A DNA stretch of 37,315 nucleotides from assembly GCA_002633005.1 (NCBI GenBank), contig NMRA01001058.1:24930-62244 (forward strand), in the 5' to 3' direction. Of the stretch, positions 1 to 11,973 are shown one piece after another (the first letter of the stretch is position 1; every line of letters begins with the position of its first letter). Source of the stretch: Phoronis australis (lineage: Eukaryota; Animalia; Phoronida). The position numbers and the translations under genes were made by a program. The notes below the pieces were generated by a model, which did not search any database, was not told the origin of the DNA, and was given only the letters and a program-made list of their open reading frames with translations.

Positions 1-217
1 CCATTTGGCAGTTTGTACCCACTTGGTACTTGTTATTGAATTTGCCGCTTTGCTCGACCCAGTTGGTAGGCAATCGGCCAATACCCATTTGGTATTATGT
101 ACCCATTTGGTACTATGCTAACCTGTGCCACTTAGTATCCGATACTCAGTTACACTTTGGGTATCGGAAATGTGTGTTATCTCTTGTAATTAAGGAACCC
201 ATCTGGTTCCTTCTGTG
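1..217. mobile_element. Probable end of a DNA transposon with subterminal repeats
   Basis: About 8 variants of TACCCA(T/C)TTGGTA, ending in CTGTG at 213-217 (CACAG on the other strand). Absent from the paralogous position upstream of 6130. Family not determined; a CMC-type element is possible. Confidence 0.5.
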
Positions 218-302
218 AAATATTTATTTGTAGAGCTGTGACCCTGAAATTCCCAATACAACTTCAAATATTTATTATTCTTGTTGTTTTATTTGTCCCC
301 AA

Positions 303-1780
303 TAATTTCAATTACTGGTGACATTTTAGTTGGTCATATACATTGGCCTCGCATACGGTGGATAGTACGCATGCAGCATTTCAAGGTAGTTACCTGCCTT
401 CGTAACAACTGGTCAGATTTCGACGAACGGATTTTAAAGACTAATATGCTGCTCATATAATCTCATATTTTTCTTAAAGAAAACGATATACATAAGGAAA
501 CAATACACGAATATCTGTAGTCACAGAGTGGTGATTTTTCCTGAAAATGTAATTCTTTATAGAAATTGAGGCAATTTGCACGTGTACACGTTAGTAAATC
601 TCAATTGTTGATTTTGTTAATGAATTTGATTATCTACAATGGCATGGATGTAAGTATGTTTTAAAGACGTTTGCGCTAGTACTTAAACCTGCAGCTGCAT
701 AGACATAATTAAACAACAGGCTATCCTACTTTTTGTCCATAGGCTGACACATCACAGAAAAAACGAAAAAACTGATCACCACATGATGTAACATGATCAC
801 TCCAGTTTTCATGGCCGACACATGGTTCATTCCCTAGATTTGCCGAAAACTGGAATTTCGTTTGACATGTAAATGTTACAGTTATACTATAGGGCCATAT
901 AAGTGGTCTGTGTTCACGTCGACGTTAGTACCAGCATTCTTATTATTACTGAACTTCGGTGCTGGAACTGTGCATATCATGACTGAAAAATGAGTGCGAG
1001 TCAAGTGATACCATGTGGATTTAAAACGCCATTATCAATAGCACCCATAGGTTGCGGTCAAATGTAGAAAACTGTATTGACGTACCCATGACTGATAGTA
1101 ATTAGGTGAGTAGTGAAGAGCGATGTATAACGACATTGAATGTTACTAAAGGTGTTTGGGGGTTTACCGACTACCGGACAAGCACACAGGTAGGAAAATG
1201 TAACTTTAAATGCACCAAGTGATTAGGCATATACGTAAATGCATGAATATATATGTTTAATAATGTGTTACTTGAAAAATGCTCACATGTTGTTCCTCTA
1301 TTCTTGAGACGATAATTAGTACATCCCGGTACGCGGAAACAGTGTGGCATGTTGACTGACTCGTAAACAAAAGCAAACGACGACCTAACTTATGACACCC
1401 GAGGTAGATCAATGAATGACTCGACAGCCCTCATAGTCAGATTATATGAAAAGAAATAGGCGTGAACTTCTTGCCTTCCAAAACGTCACTTCCGGAGTAG
1501 AGAACGAATAATTAATGGAATTTCAAAAAAATGTAATTAAGTGGAGAATATGTCTTGGATAACCAACAAACGTTATTTGTTCTAAAAATGACATGCAAAA
1601 AGGTTGCTTTCGCCTTAAAATATATTTACTGATTAGGCATATATGTAAGCGCATGTAATTATATGTGAAATAATGTTTTCTTGAAAAATGCTCACATGTT
1701 TTGAATATAAGTGCTTGCAATTAAGCTCAACTGTATATACAGTTGACAATCCCTTGAAAATACTCATGTCTTAAAATCGG
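303..1780 (+). repeat. Recent intragenic segmental duplication, copy of 6130-8830 with a ~1.25-kb internal deletion
   Basis: 303-905 aligns with 6130-6732 and 908-1780 aligns with 7982-8830 at visibly high identity, introns included. Confidence 0.92.
777..982 (-). pseudogene. Chimeric A/B Sushi pseudo-exon
   Basis: 982-908 matches the 5' part of A1 (8057-7982) with an intact acceptor. 905-777 matches the 3' part of psi-B1. Reading in phase 1 gives VMICTVPAPKFSNNKNAGTNVDVNTDHLYGPIV* (TAA at 884-882). Confidence 0.85.
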
Positions 1781-2550
1781 TAAATTTCTTGTGTTGTTAA
1801 GTCGTTGGTTCTTTTAATTCTTCAATTTGTTTAAAAACTTAAAACAAGTCGACGTCAACCACCATATAGTTAACATATCAAGTTTGACTACCTCAATAAT
1901 TTGAAGCGATGTTCGTCGACTTTAGAAATGTTTTTCACACATAGGTGAAGGCAAATAATTTGGGATGTATAAGCAACATGTCTTATTGGCACATAGGTAC
2001 AAATAAAGACATATCATGTTATTATGAGTCTAAAGTTGCCCAATTTGATTGCATATGTACACAACTGATTGTGGAACATTTCCGTACTTTTTGAAATAAT
2101 GCCAAAATACAAGAAATATTTACTGAGGGCTGTTTGTTCTTTGATGACACATAAGGCAAATGCATCCTTATGAGCACTGCCGATAAGGTGAGTTCGTCAT
2201 CATCGCAAATCAATTTTTAAAACCTTTGAATGTCGCCGTTGTTTCTATGACTGACAAACATCGCACACTCATCATAAAAATACGGAATGCATCAGGAAAT
2301 TCTACACAAATATTTGTTGTCATTTTTTATAAAAATCGCTGCAATTTCCACACTTGCACGGTTGTACACCTGAATTGCTGATTTTTTGATCCATATGATT
2401 ACCTACAATGACAACCCTCTACTAAGTTGTGTTTTAAGGACTTTTAGTAAAATTACTGAATAATGCAACATGAGGGACATAATCAAACACTAGACGAGAT
2501 TGTTTTCTCTCTTTCTACATCCACATCACAGAAGAAATGGAAAAACTGAC

Positions 2551-2736
2551 CTTCACAAGAAGATACATGATCACTCCACTTTTCATGGCCGTCACAATAT
2601 GTGATTCGTTCCCTGGATTTGTCCGGAAAATGGAATTTCGGTTGACACGTAAAACTTACTGCAGTCCCGTAAGGCACGGTAAGCGATGATACATTATTAG
2701 CAGCATTTTGGACTGTAAGGACGGTGCACTTGGTGA
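2551..2736 (-). CDS. Sushi/CCP domain exon B2
   Basis: 186 nt, phase 1-1, acceptor ctttcag| and donor G|gtcagt. Encodes TKCTVL...VSFTCQPKFHFPD...TYCDGHEKWSDHVSSC. Confidence 0.92.
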
Positions 2737-3067
2737 CTGAAAGGAGAATAAGCAAAGAAAAATCGCTGTCAGTGTCCCAAATGGTGTACACAGTAAATTT
2801 TTTTCCGAGAACATCGGTTATGCATAGTTTGAAATTCCTCTATTTGTTATGATAATATTAGTATTTTCAGGGTGGCTTCGAAACGATTGCAAGGAAAACG
2901 TGACCATGAGTGAATTGATGTACAGAGTCTCAAATATGCGGAATTTTTATTTGGACAGTCTACATGTACCTGGTAAATACAATTTACTTTATTTAATAAT
3001 GTAGAGGGGTGACAGGGGCTTCTCGTTTTTTAAAGTGCTATCTCAATTGGTCAAAACGACCACATGC

Positions 3068-4596
3068 AAAACAAGAGCAACGCAGAGCGTTGAAATGCGC
3101 CCACAATTGCACCGTATACGGTATCCTTCTAGGGTTGTTTACTGGTACATTAAGTGGCCAGTAGAGGGCATATTTGTAGTATGTTGTACTTTACAAAATG
3201 GAAAGGCATGGTCATTGTCTCCTCAATAGGCTAGGGGCAAAATGTGAGTGATCTTCATAATACAAGCACATCCTTTTCATCAGTTGCTTAAAGCACCACA
3301 GAAACATAGAATTAAAAACAAATTTACCAACATAAGAGATTAGCACAGCATTAGAATGCCAGAAACAAATTTCTACTTGGAACTTTTCCTTCATAGTCAC
3401 AAAGTAACACAAAGTATACACCTGAAGACCTATGAAAATACAGAGGTCAAAGTAAAATACTAAAATTGCCACTAGAGGCATACCGGTAGTCAGAATCATC
3501 CTAAAGTCGTCATCGTCCGTTGTCACACTTTCTAAATTTAGTAAAGATCCTGCAAACGGTTTGTGAGATATAGCCATGGGCGCAAAAAAACTGCCACTAG
3601 GAGGCGCCACAGCAATCAAAGTCATGGGAAATTCAGCGTCAACCGTCCTCTTCATAGTAAGAACATATATGCCAATTTTCACAATCATATTTAGAGCGGT
3701 TTGGTTGATAGAGGGCTGGACGCCAAAAAACAGACTCAAAAACAGTAAAAATGGCCACTGTGTGTCGCAAACTAGGTCGAATCCATCCGAAAACGGGAGG
3801 ATAGCGTCATCGCACTATCTCACTAATAGGTGCCAACATACCAAATTTCATGAAAATCCGTTCAGGACTTTTGAAGATACAAATGTAAGCGTAAAAAAAT
3901 TAAAATTGCCACTAGGGGGGACACCGGTAGTCAAATCCGTCCGAAAGTCGTCATGTTCCGTTGTTAACATCATAAAAATATACTTACACAATTTCGCAAA
4001 AAATCCTGCGAACGGTTTAGGAGATACAGCCATAGGCAAAAAAACAAAACAAAACTGCCATTAGGAGGCGCCACAGTAGTCGAAATTGTCGGAAAATCAT
4101 CGTCAACCGTCCTCTACATAGTAAGCATACACATGCCAATTTTCACAATCATCCTTTGAGCGGTTTGGTTGATAGAGGGTTGACGCTCAAAAACACTCGA
4201 AAACAGTAAAAATGGCCACTAGGTGGCACAAACTATGTCGAATCCATCTGAAAACGGGAGGATAGCGTCATCTCACTAATAAGTGCCTACAAACCAAATT
4301 TCATGAAAATCCGTTCAGGACTTTTGAAGATACAAAGGTAAGCGTAAAAAACTAAAATTGCCACTAGGGGGCACACCGGTACTCGGATCCCTCCGAAAGT
4401 TCGCACATGCCGTTCCATCCATAAGTGGAACATATGTGCTAAATTTCAAGAACATATGTCAAAGGGTTTTGGAGATAGAGCAGCGGACGCCGGACGCCGG
4501 ACGGACGCCGCCCGTACGGACGGACGGACGGACGGACGGACGGAGGGAGATGACGGCATAATGCGTCCACATATCAATATGTGGGCGCATAAAAAA
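3068..4596 (-). mobile_element. Helentron-associated non-autonomous element (HINE/DINE-1-like)
   Basis: 11-bp subterminal inverted repeat ATGCGCCCACA (3095-3105) / TGTGGGCGCAT (4580-4590), hairpin at 4561-4590, (CGGA)n microsatellite at 4517-4544, tandem ~150-bp cores, terminal stem-loop CAACGC-aga-GCGTTG (3078-3092), A-runs at both ends. Confidence 0.88.
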
Positions 4597-4892
4597 TTAT
4601 TGCCGCATACATGACAAAATTGCACCCAGTTTCGAGTTTCGAATTTGGTATAAAATTGTAAAATAATTAGATAATGGTATTGGAGATACCAACGGCATTT
4701 TGCAGTGCAGGGAGCATGAAATCGTTCGAAGCATCATCGAGTCTTGCAGGGTACGAAGCTCAGGGCTCATAAGGACGAAATTACATTCTGAATTAAAAGA
4801 TTGGAAAATTGAACACTCGTGAAAATTTTTTGGTTTTCCCAACGGTTAACAATGGCGATTTGTTAATATATTGATTTTCCCAAACAACTAAC

Positions 4893-5078
4893 CCGTGCAG
4901 TTGTTGACCTGTTGAGACCAAGTATCCTGCTCGACACAAGTAGCAGTGACCGTGATGTTGTGATCGGGCAGCTCGTAACCATCTTCACATGTGAAAGTTA
5001 TTGTTGTGTTCACGTTGACAGTGGTGTTGTCTGTGCTTCTGGCGCTGAACTCCGGTATTGGAACTGTGCATGTCATCA
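4893..5078 (-). CDS. Sushi/CCP domain exon A2
   Basis: 186 nt, phase 1-1, acceptor tttttcag| and donor G|gttagt. Encodes MTCTVPIP...ITFTCEDGYELP...ATCVEQDTWSQQVNNC; about 60% aa identity to A1 by manual count. Confidence 0.92.
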
Positions 5079-5627
5079 CTGAAAAATGAATGCGAGCCAA
5101 GTAATACGATACGGAAGTAAAATGTCATTTTCAACCACACGCATGATAAACGTACAGCGGAAGTAGCAGCGATGGGACTTCTAATTTTACATGAAAGTTC
5201 ATTATTTTGTGTTTGTGATGACGTTAGCTGACGACCAAACAGGCATGCAGGCAGGGATCTCAGAGCTAACAAACACGCACGTAAGAAGGCCTATGTAGTT
5301 GTATTCGAAAGTACTCTGAACTTGAAAAATGCTCAAGTATTTTTCTTATAGGTGTTTGCAAAGCAAAACTGGCACCCCTTTGAATATATCCAGCACTTAA
5401 ATTCAGTGTATTTCGTTTGTTTTTCGAACTATGGCTTTCACTTTGAGGCCAAATAAGGTACAAATATAAGAAACGCAAACGAAATTAAACCTGACCTAAT
5501 CTTACCCGAACTTGAGAGCGCAAACGTATTTACAAAATTTGCCGTTTTTCAAGCAGAAACGTTGAGGTAAATCGCCATGTTTACGCTGTGCACGCCAGGG
5601 AATACGACGTCATACCCCCTGCGGCGT

Positions 5628-5906
5628 GCAGTTTTAAAATGGCGAGTTAATGATTTTGGGAATTGAAAGAAGGACTGCTCTAAGAACAAGTTTGATAGCA
5701 GCAGTATTTCTTGGAGTTGGAACGTATAAAATACACTGACGGTCCCTTAAGGTGTCAGTCTGTGCTCAACAGGTATTTATAACAACGTGACTTTGATGTT
5801 TTAGTGAGTGTGAGTCATAATTTGCCAAAAAGCTTCTGGTGTAAGAAGCTCCTATAGGAGCTCCACCGTCTCTACTGGGCCAGCATGAGACGGTGATCAC
5901 TGTGTA
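5628..5906 (+). mobile_element. Diverged solo TIR related to the TIRs of the 15711-24710 element
   Basis: Colinear similarity to 24437-24710, including AGCTCCTATAGGAGCT and the CACCGTCTC...GAGACGGTG hairpin. Confidence 0.8.
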
Positions 5907-6597
5907 GAGGTAATGTGCGTTCATCTGAACTCTGCCAATAAAAGTGAGTTCATCATCATCACACCTGTTGTCGGAATTTTTGAATGACGGAGGCTTGTGT
6001 CAGGCTGACAAACATCTTGCACTCATTCCATCAATTGTTATCCACTTGCTCAGCCAATCGGTTATACAACAAAGCAGGAAATAAATCTTTAAGAAATCAA
6101 AACGGCTAAGCTTTGGTTTAAGTATGGTATAATTTCAATTACTGGTGACATTGATCAGATACATTGGCCTCTCCTACGGTGGATAGTACGCATGCAGCAT
6201 TTCAAGATAGCTACCTGCCTTTATAACAACTGGTCAGATTTCGTCGAGCAGATTTTAAAGACTAATATACTGGTCATATAATCTCATATTTTTCTTAAAA
6301 AAACCGGGATACATATAGAAATAATACACGAATATCCGTAGTCACAGAGTGGTGATTTTTCCTGAAAATGTAATTCTTTACAGAAATTGAGGCAATTTGC
6401 ACGCGTACACGTTAGTAAACCTCAATTGTTGATTTTGTTGATGCATTTGATTATCTACAATGGCATGGATGTAAGTTTGTTTTAAAGACGTTTGCGCTAG
6501 TACTTAAACCTGCAGCTGCATAGACATAATTAAACAACAGGCTATCCTACTTTGTTGTCCATAGGCTGACACATCACAGAAAAAACGAAAGAACTGA

Positions 6598-6786
6598 TCA
6601 CCACATGATGTAACATGATAGCTCCAGTTTTCATGGCCCACACAAGACATGGTTCATTCCCCAGATTTGCCGAAAACTGGAATTTCGTTTGACATGTAAA
6701 AGTTACAGTAATACTATAGTGCCATATAGGTGACGAAAAATTGATAGCATCATTTGGTAGTCTGCAGGATCAATGTGCTTGGTTAA
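6598..6786 (-). pseudogene. Dead paralog of Sushi exon B (psi-B1)
   Basis: Aligns with 2551-2736 (VTFTCQTKFQF...CVGHENWSYHVTSC) but is frameshifted. The acceptor cag is changed to cat and the donor gtcagt to atcagt. Confidence 0.85.
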
Positions 6787-7871
6787 TGAAAGGACAATAA
6801 TGAATGGTAAATTGAGTCCAATGTCCGAATCGGTCGTTAAGAATTTGAATGTCCTCTGTTTGTTACCACATTTTCATTTATTGCAATAATGCAAAGAAAC
6901 GATCACAAGGAAATCGTGACGAAATGTAATTTTACCTACAGAAGATCAAATGTACTTTCTAATATGGACAGTGTATGGAAAAAAGAAAATGTTCAAAACT
7001 TAAATAGATGCAGGAGTGTTTCTTGTTTCTTACACAACGATTTCAGTTTGTCAAAATGACCAAATGCAAACCAAACATCGTAATCTTCTGCTGGGTTTGA
7101 ACTACTTTCGTGCACATTTACCGTGCTTAGCCCTAGGCTTAGAGATGTTGTGTCTGTCAGTACACGAGTTTTGATCAGCTGCTTTGCATTTTTTCTTTGT
7201 TTAAATCTGAAAACGATGGGTATTATTCAAGACTAAACAAGTGGTAATTGCACCCTACTCTGCAGGCGTCACGAGACCCGACCTCAGAAATATTACAGTG
7301 CTTCAAAAGAAATATCTATGGACCAATGACGAAGGAAGCAGTCCTGAAATTATTACGGTAAATACATGAGAAAATTACACCCCATTTTGAATTTGATACG
7401 GAATTGCAAAGCAATTGGGTTATGTTCAGTGTTGGACATAAAGAACTTTTGCATTGTGGGAATCACGAAAGTGTTTGACTTAATTTCTAGTTCTGGTCTG
7501 TAGGAAGATCAGGGTTTTACAGGCACAAACAAAGTGCTCTCAGAATCACGATCATTGGAAAATTGAACATTTTAGTGAGAAACTATTGATTATCCAGCCG
7601 CTCAACAATGAAAAGTGGAAGAATATTGTTCGCTAAGGTTTTATAAAAAATAAAGCCAGGGAAATCTCACTCGCAGTGGTGTGCAGATGTCCACCAACCA
7701 TTTATAGTACACTTGTGACAAGGTGCTATGTGTTTCTTTACGTCACTGCCGATTGTGAATCTTATCAACAGGAAATAAGAAGAGAGTATAATTGTTGTAA
7801 ACGATGTAATCGTTCAAGCTGCCTATATTGACTTTGTTCTTAATCAGACGGGATTACCCAAGTGAACTAAC

Positions 7872-8057
7872 TTTGGCAGTTGTTGACAGCTTGCGACCAT
7901 GTATCCTGACTGGTACATCTGGCAGTAACCGTGCGTTCGTTGTTGGGCAGCTGATAACCAGTATCGCAAGTGAAAGTTACTTCTGTGTTCACGTCGACGT
8001 TATAACCACCATTGTTATTAGTGCTGAACTTCGGTGATGGAACTGTGCATGTCATGA
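7872..8057 (-). CDS. Sushi/CCP domain exon A1
   Basis: 186 nt, phase 1-1, acceptor ttttttcag| and donor A|gttagt. Encodes MTCTVPSP...VTFTCDTGYQLP...ARCTSQDTWSQAVNNC (C-C-C-W-C pattern). Confidence 0.92.
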
Positions 8058-8830
8058 CTGAAAAAAGAGTGCGAGTCAAGTGATACCATGGGGATTTAAA
8101 ACGCCATTATCAATAGGACCCATAGGTTGCGGTGAAATGTAGAAAACTGTATTGACGTACACATGACTGGTAGTAATTAGGTGATTATTGAAGAGCGCTG
8201 TATAGCGACATTGAATGTTACTTAAGGTGTTTGGAGGTTTACTGACTACCGGACAAGCACACAGGTAGGAAAATGTAACTTTAAAAGAACCAAGTGATTA
8301 GGCATATACGTAAATGCATGAATATATATGTGAAATTATTTGTTACTTGAAAAATGCTCACATGTTGTTCTATTCGTGAGACGATAATTAGTACTTACCG
8401 GTACGCGGCAACAGTGTGACATGTTGACTGACTCGTAAACAAAAGCAAACGAAGACCTAACTTATGACAACCGAGGTAGAACAATGAATGACTCGACAGC
8501 CCTCATAGTCAGATTATATGAAAAGAAATAGGCGTGAACCTCTTGCCTCCCAAAACGTGACTTCCGGAGTAGAGAACGAATAATTAATGAAATTACAGAA
8601 AGATGTAATTAAGTGGAAAATATGTCTTGGATAACCAACAAACAAAATGACATGCAAAAAGGTTGCCTTCGACGTAGACTGATTAGGCATATACGAAGTG
8701 CATGTAATTATACGTGAAATAATGTGTTTCTTGAAAAATGCTCACATGTTTTGAATATAAGCGCGTGCAATTAAGCTCACCTGTATATACAGTTGGCAAT
8801 CCCTTGAAAATACCCATGTCTTAAAATCGG

Positions 8831-10938
8831 CTCTGCGCATGTAAGCGGAGATTACTGTTGTTCCTGGGTTTTCTTCAATTTTATTCTTATTCTTATTCTT
8901 CTTATTCTTCTTCTTATTCTTCTTCCGACCAACTTTGAGTCTTAATAACTCCAAATTGGGTGCAGGTACGGTCTTTAAATTCAGCATATAACTTTTGACG
9001 GTATATAAATTTTGATTGGTTATGTAATCATATTCCATATTGCACCGAAAGAGGTCGTTTGGTGCAAGGTCATATAATTTTTTAAATGCTACCCCTCCTT
9101 CAGTTTTAAAGCTATCTTTTTCAAATTCGGTGCACATGTATAAGTCAACATGACAATTTAAAAAATTACTTTTCTAAGTAATCGGGCTATCCAATCAGGT
9201 GAAATTGGTCAAAGGTCATTGAGTGCAAACTAAAATTTCGAGCTAGAGACTTCAAAATTACATATCTGTTTACTTACTGCGATTGTGTTTGAATTCTAAA
9301 TTTTCAGGACATTTAGCGCACCCATGGGGTCATTAGGTGCATTTTTCTTCTGAATTTTGACCAATTCATTCATCTTGTATTCTGATGTGCTTCAAGTAAA
9401 ACATCTGTGATTTTTAGCATTAACCACATTTTTAATCGAGTTTACAATTAATCTCTCATCGGGGCTCATAATGCACCGGAAGTGGTCAATTAGTGGAAAG
9501 GTCATCAAAATATTAACATGTAATTTCTCCTCCAATTTTAAAGAATTAATTTTCATATTGGTAAAGGGGTTACTGTCAGTAACTTCACATAACAATTCCT
9601 GTAATACGCACGCGCACAGTCCATTATTGTCACGCCGTGACAATAATCATTCTAGTTCTTCTTATTCTTCTTCTGACCAACTTTGAGGCTTAATAACTCC
9701 AAATTGGGTGCAGGTACGGTCTTTAAATTCAGCATATGATTTTTGACTGTCAATAAATTTTGATTCGTTATATAATGATAATCAATATCATACCGGAAGG
9801 GATCATTTGGTGCAAAGGTCGTGTAATTTTGAAAATGCTACCCCTTCTTCATTTTCGAAGCTATTCTTTTCAAATTCGGTGCACAGGTATAAGTTAATAA
9901 GGCAATTTAAAAAAATTACTTTTTTAAGTAATCGGGTCATCCAATCAGGTGAAATAGATCAAAGATCATTAGGTGCAAACTAAAATTTTGAGCTGGACAC
10001 TTCAAATTCCCAGGTCTGATTGGAACAGGTAATTAAATTCGGAATCCAAAGTTTCAGGTCATTTAGTGCAAACATGGGGTCATTAGCTGCATTTTTCTTC
10101 TGAAAATTTGACCTTTTCATTCAGCAAGTATTCTGGTGTGTCAACTGTTAGACAACTGTGATTCTCACTAATTTCGCGGCATTAAACACATTTTTCATGG
10201 GCTTTGCAATGATTCTCCTAACGACGCTTATAAAGCACTGGATAAGGTCAATTAGTGCACAGGTCATTTAACTTTCAAAAAGTTATATCATCTATATTTT
10301 TCAAGGAAGTCTTTTCAAGTTCAGAACACTGGTGTGAGTCACCATGCCAATCGAACGTCCTAGTAGTATTTACTATGCAATAGGGCTAACCAATCAGAAA
10401 AACAAGTCGATGGAATTCTTTTCACTTTCAGCACGCTGACGTAAGCCAAAATGCCAATCGAACACCATACTTTACTACGCAAGAGGCCAAGCCAATCAGA
10501 AAAAAATAGGTCAAAGGTCATTGAGTGCAAACTAAAATTTTGAGCTTGAGACTTCAAAATTGCATATCTTTTTAGTAAATATGATTGAGTTTGAATTCTA
10601 AATTTTCAGGTCATTTGATATACCCATGGGGTCATTAGGTGCATTTCTCTTCTGAAAGTTTAACCAATTCATTCATGTTGTATTCTAAAGTGCTTAAAGT
10701 AAAATGTCTGTGATTCTTAGCATTAACCACACTTTTAATCGAGTTTACAATTATTCCCTCATCCGGGCTCATAATTCACCGAAGAGGTCAATTAGTGGAA
10801 AGGTCATCAAAATATTAACATGTTATGTTTCCTACAATTTTAAAGAATTCCTTTTCAAATTGGTTAACGGGTTTCTGTCATTAATTCCCATAACAATTCG
10901 TTTAATACAGACGCGCCGTGACAATAATCTTTCTAGTT
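8831..10938 (+). mobile_element. Two head-to-tail HINE-like elements (8831-9657; 9658-10938)
   Basis: Begins exactly where similarity to 1780 stops. Each copy has a (TTC/TTATTC)n microsatellite, then degenerate tandem cores, then a CTAGTT end. Copy 1 has a perfect 12-bp stem ATTATTGTCACG-c-CGTGACAATAAT (9623-9647); copy 2 keeps only the right arm. Confidence 0.8.
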
Positions 10939-11322
10939 GTGCGGTTTGTTGTTCATTATAAACGTTGAAAAAGCTGTTATTTACGACAATATACAAAAAT
11001 TGGATGAGGTGATCAATTCTGGGCATTGTAATCGTACGTTCTCCGTTGAACCTAGACAAGAAAGTAAAAAATGCGACACCTATAAACTCCCAGATGTTTA
11101 TAAATATCAAACCTCAGTCGATTTTACTAGAAATTGAAAGTTCAAATCGTCTTTGTATTTTAAACGTTTGGAAGACATCTGTGACTTACCATTTTCAGTG
11201 ATTCCTTGGAAGCCAAAATCGAACGATACATGTGGGTAACGAATTTTTCCCATCGATCAAGTGATGAAAGTACAAGACACATACCTTTATGTCGGGGGCT
11301 AATTAAAGAGTAAAACATTTAC

Positions 11323-11511
11323 CCATGCAAGTTGTAGGAGGCTGACCACTAAGCTGACCGTCGAACTGGCAAACTCTATCTTTTGACGTGCTCCCGTCAG
11401 AAAATATTTTCCCATTGCCACAGGTGTACACCACTTTATCTCCTTCTCTTATGGTGCTCACTTCAGTCACCGATGACAAAACACCACTCTCAGAAGGTAT
11501 TGTGCAGTATG
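11323..11511 (-). CDS. Sushi/CCP domain exon D
   Basis: 189 nt, phase 1-1, acceptor ttacag| and donor G|gtaaat. Encodes YCTIPS...VVYTCGNGKIFSDGSTSKDRVCQFDGQLSGQPPTTC. Confidence 0.88.
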
Positions 11512-11717
11512 CTGTAAGCAATGTGTCAAATGTCAGCGTCTAAGTGATGTCGATGAATGGACTGAGTTACACATCCAGACACACTTTAAATTACTGTATT
11601 GAATAAGTAAACAGTCAATTAAATTAACTAATCTGGTGCCCAAAAAAGGAATGAAAAATTGACGACGACTTCATTTGGAAGTTCTTGCTACAACTACTGT
11701 TCCCATTTTGCAGAGAG

Positions 11718-11969
11718 GGCCTGGGAACCGTTCCAAGAAAACTGACACGGCTAAGACAAATCTTAAATTTCACTCAATTTTAAGATAAAATTTAAACTGG
11801 TCGCAAGAAAGAGATGCTAAACTGGACTTAAGTTTTTGACATAAGTTTTGTCTTAATTTTGTTTATCTTACCAAATGTCAAAGTTTCAAATTTTGAAGGT
11901 TGAGACACATCTAAGACTTAAGTCAAAAACAAACATACTGTATTACTAGTCAGTTTCTCGGAACTGGCC
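11718..11969. mobile_element. MITE (PIF/Harbinger-like)
   Basis: Imperfect TIRs CCGTTCCAAGAAAACTGAC / GTCAGTTTCTCGGAACTGG and internal GACTTAAGT repeats. Confidence 0.6.
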
Positions 11970-11973
11970 TCTG

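Larger units (their letters stand above)
2178..5150 (+). repeat. Older duplicate of the A-B exon pair (paralogous to ~5932-8130)
   Basis: Weaker intronic similarity: 2178-2273 vs 5932-6027, 2740-3070 vs 6790-7070, 4597-4855 vs 7350-7610. Confidence 0.8.

Noticed and set aside
3212-4561. Longest ORFs in the track (175 aa, 162 aa with repeated LPLGG)
   Set aside because: They lie within the HINE tandem cores; LPLGG is just the translation of the TGCCACTAGGRGG motif.
8742-9137. 131-aa ORF with a Lys/Asn-rich tract
   Set aside because: Translation of the TTC/TTATTC microsatellite at the start of the HINE.
11190-11300. Possible extra exon ending at a strong donor (G|gtaagt at 11189)
   Set aside because: No suitable acceptor at a workable distance from exon D; the paralogous position near 12750 lacks the donor.
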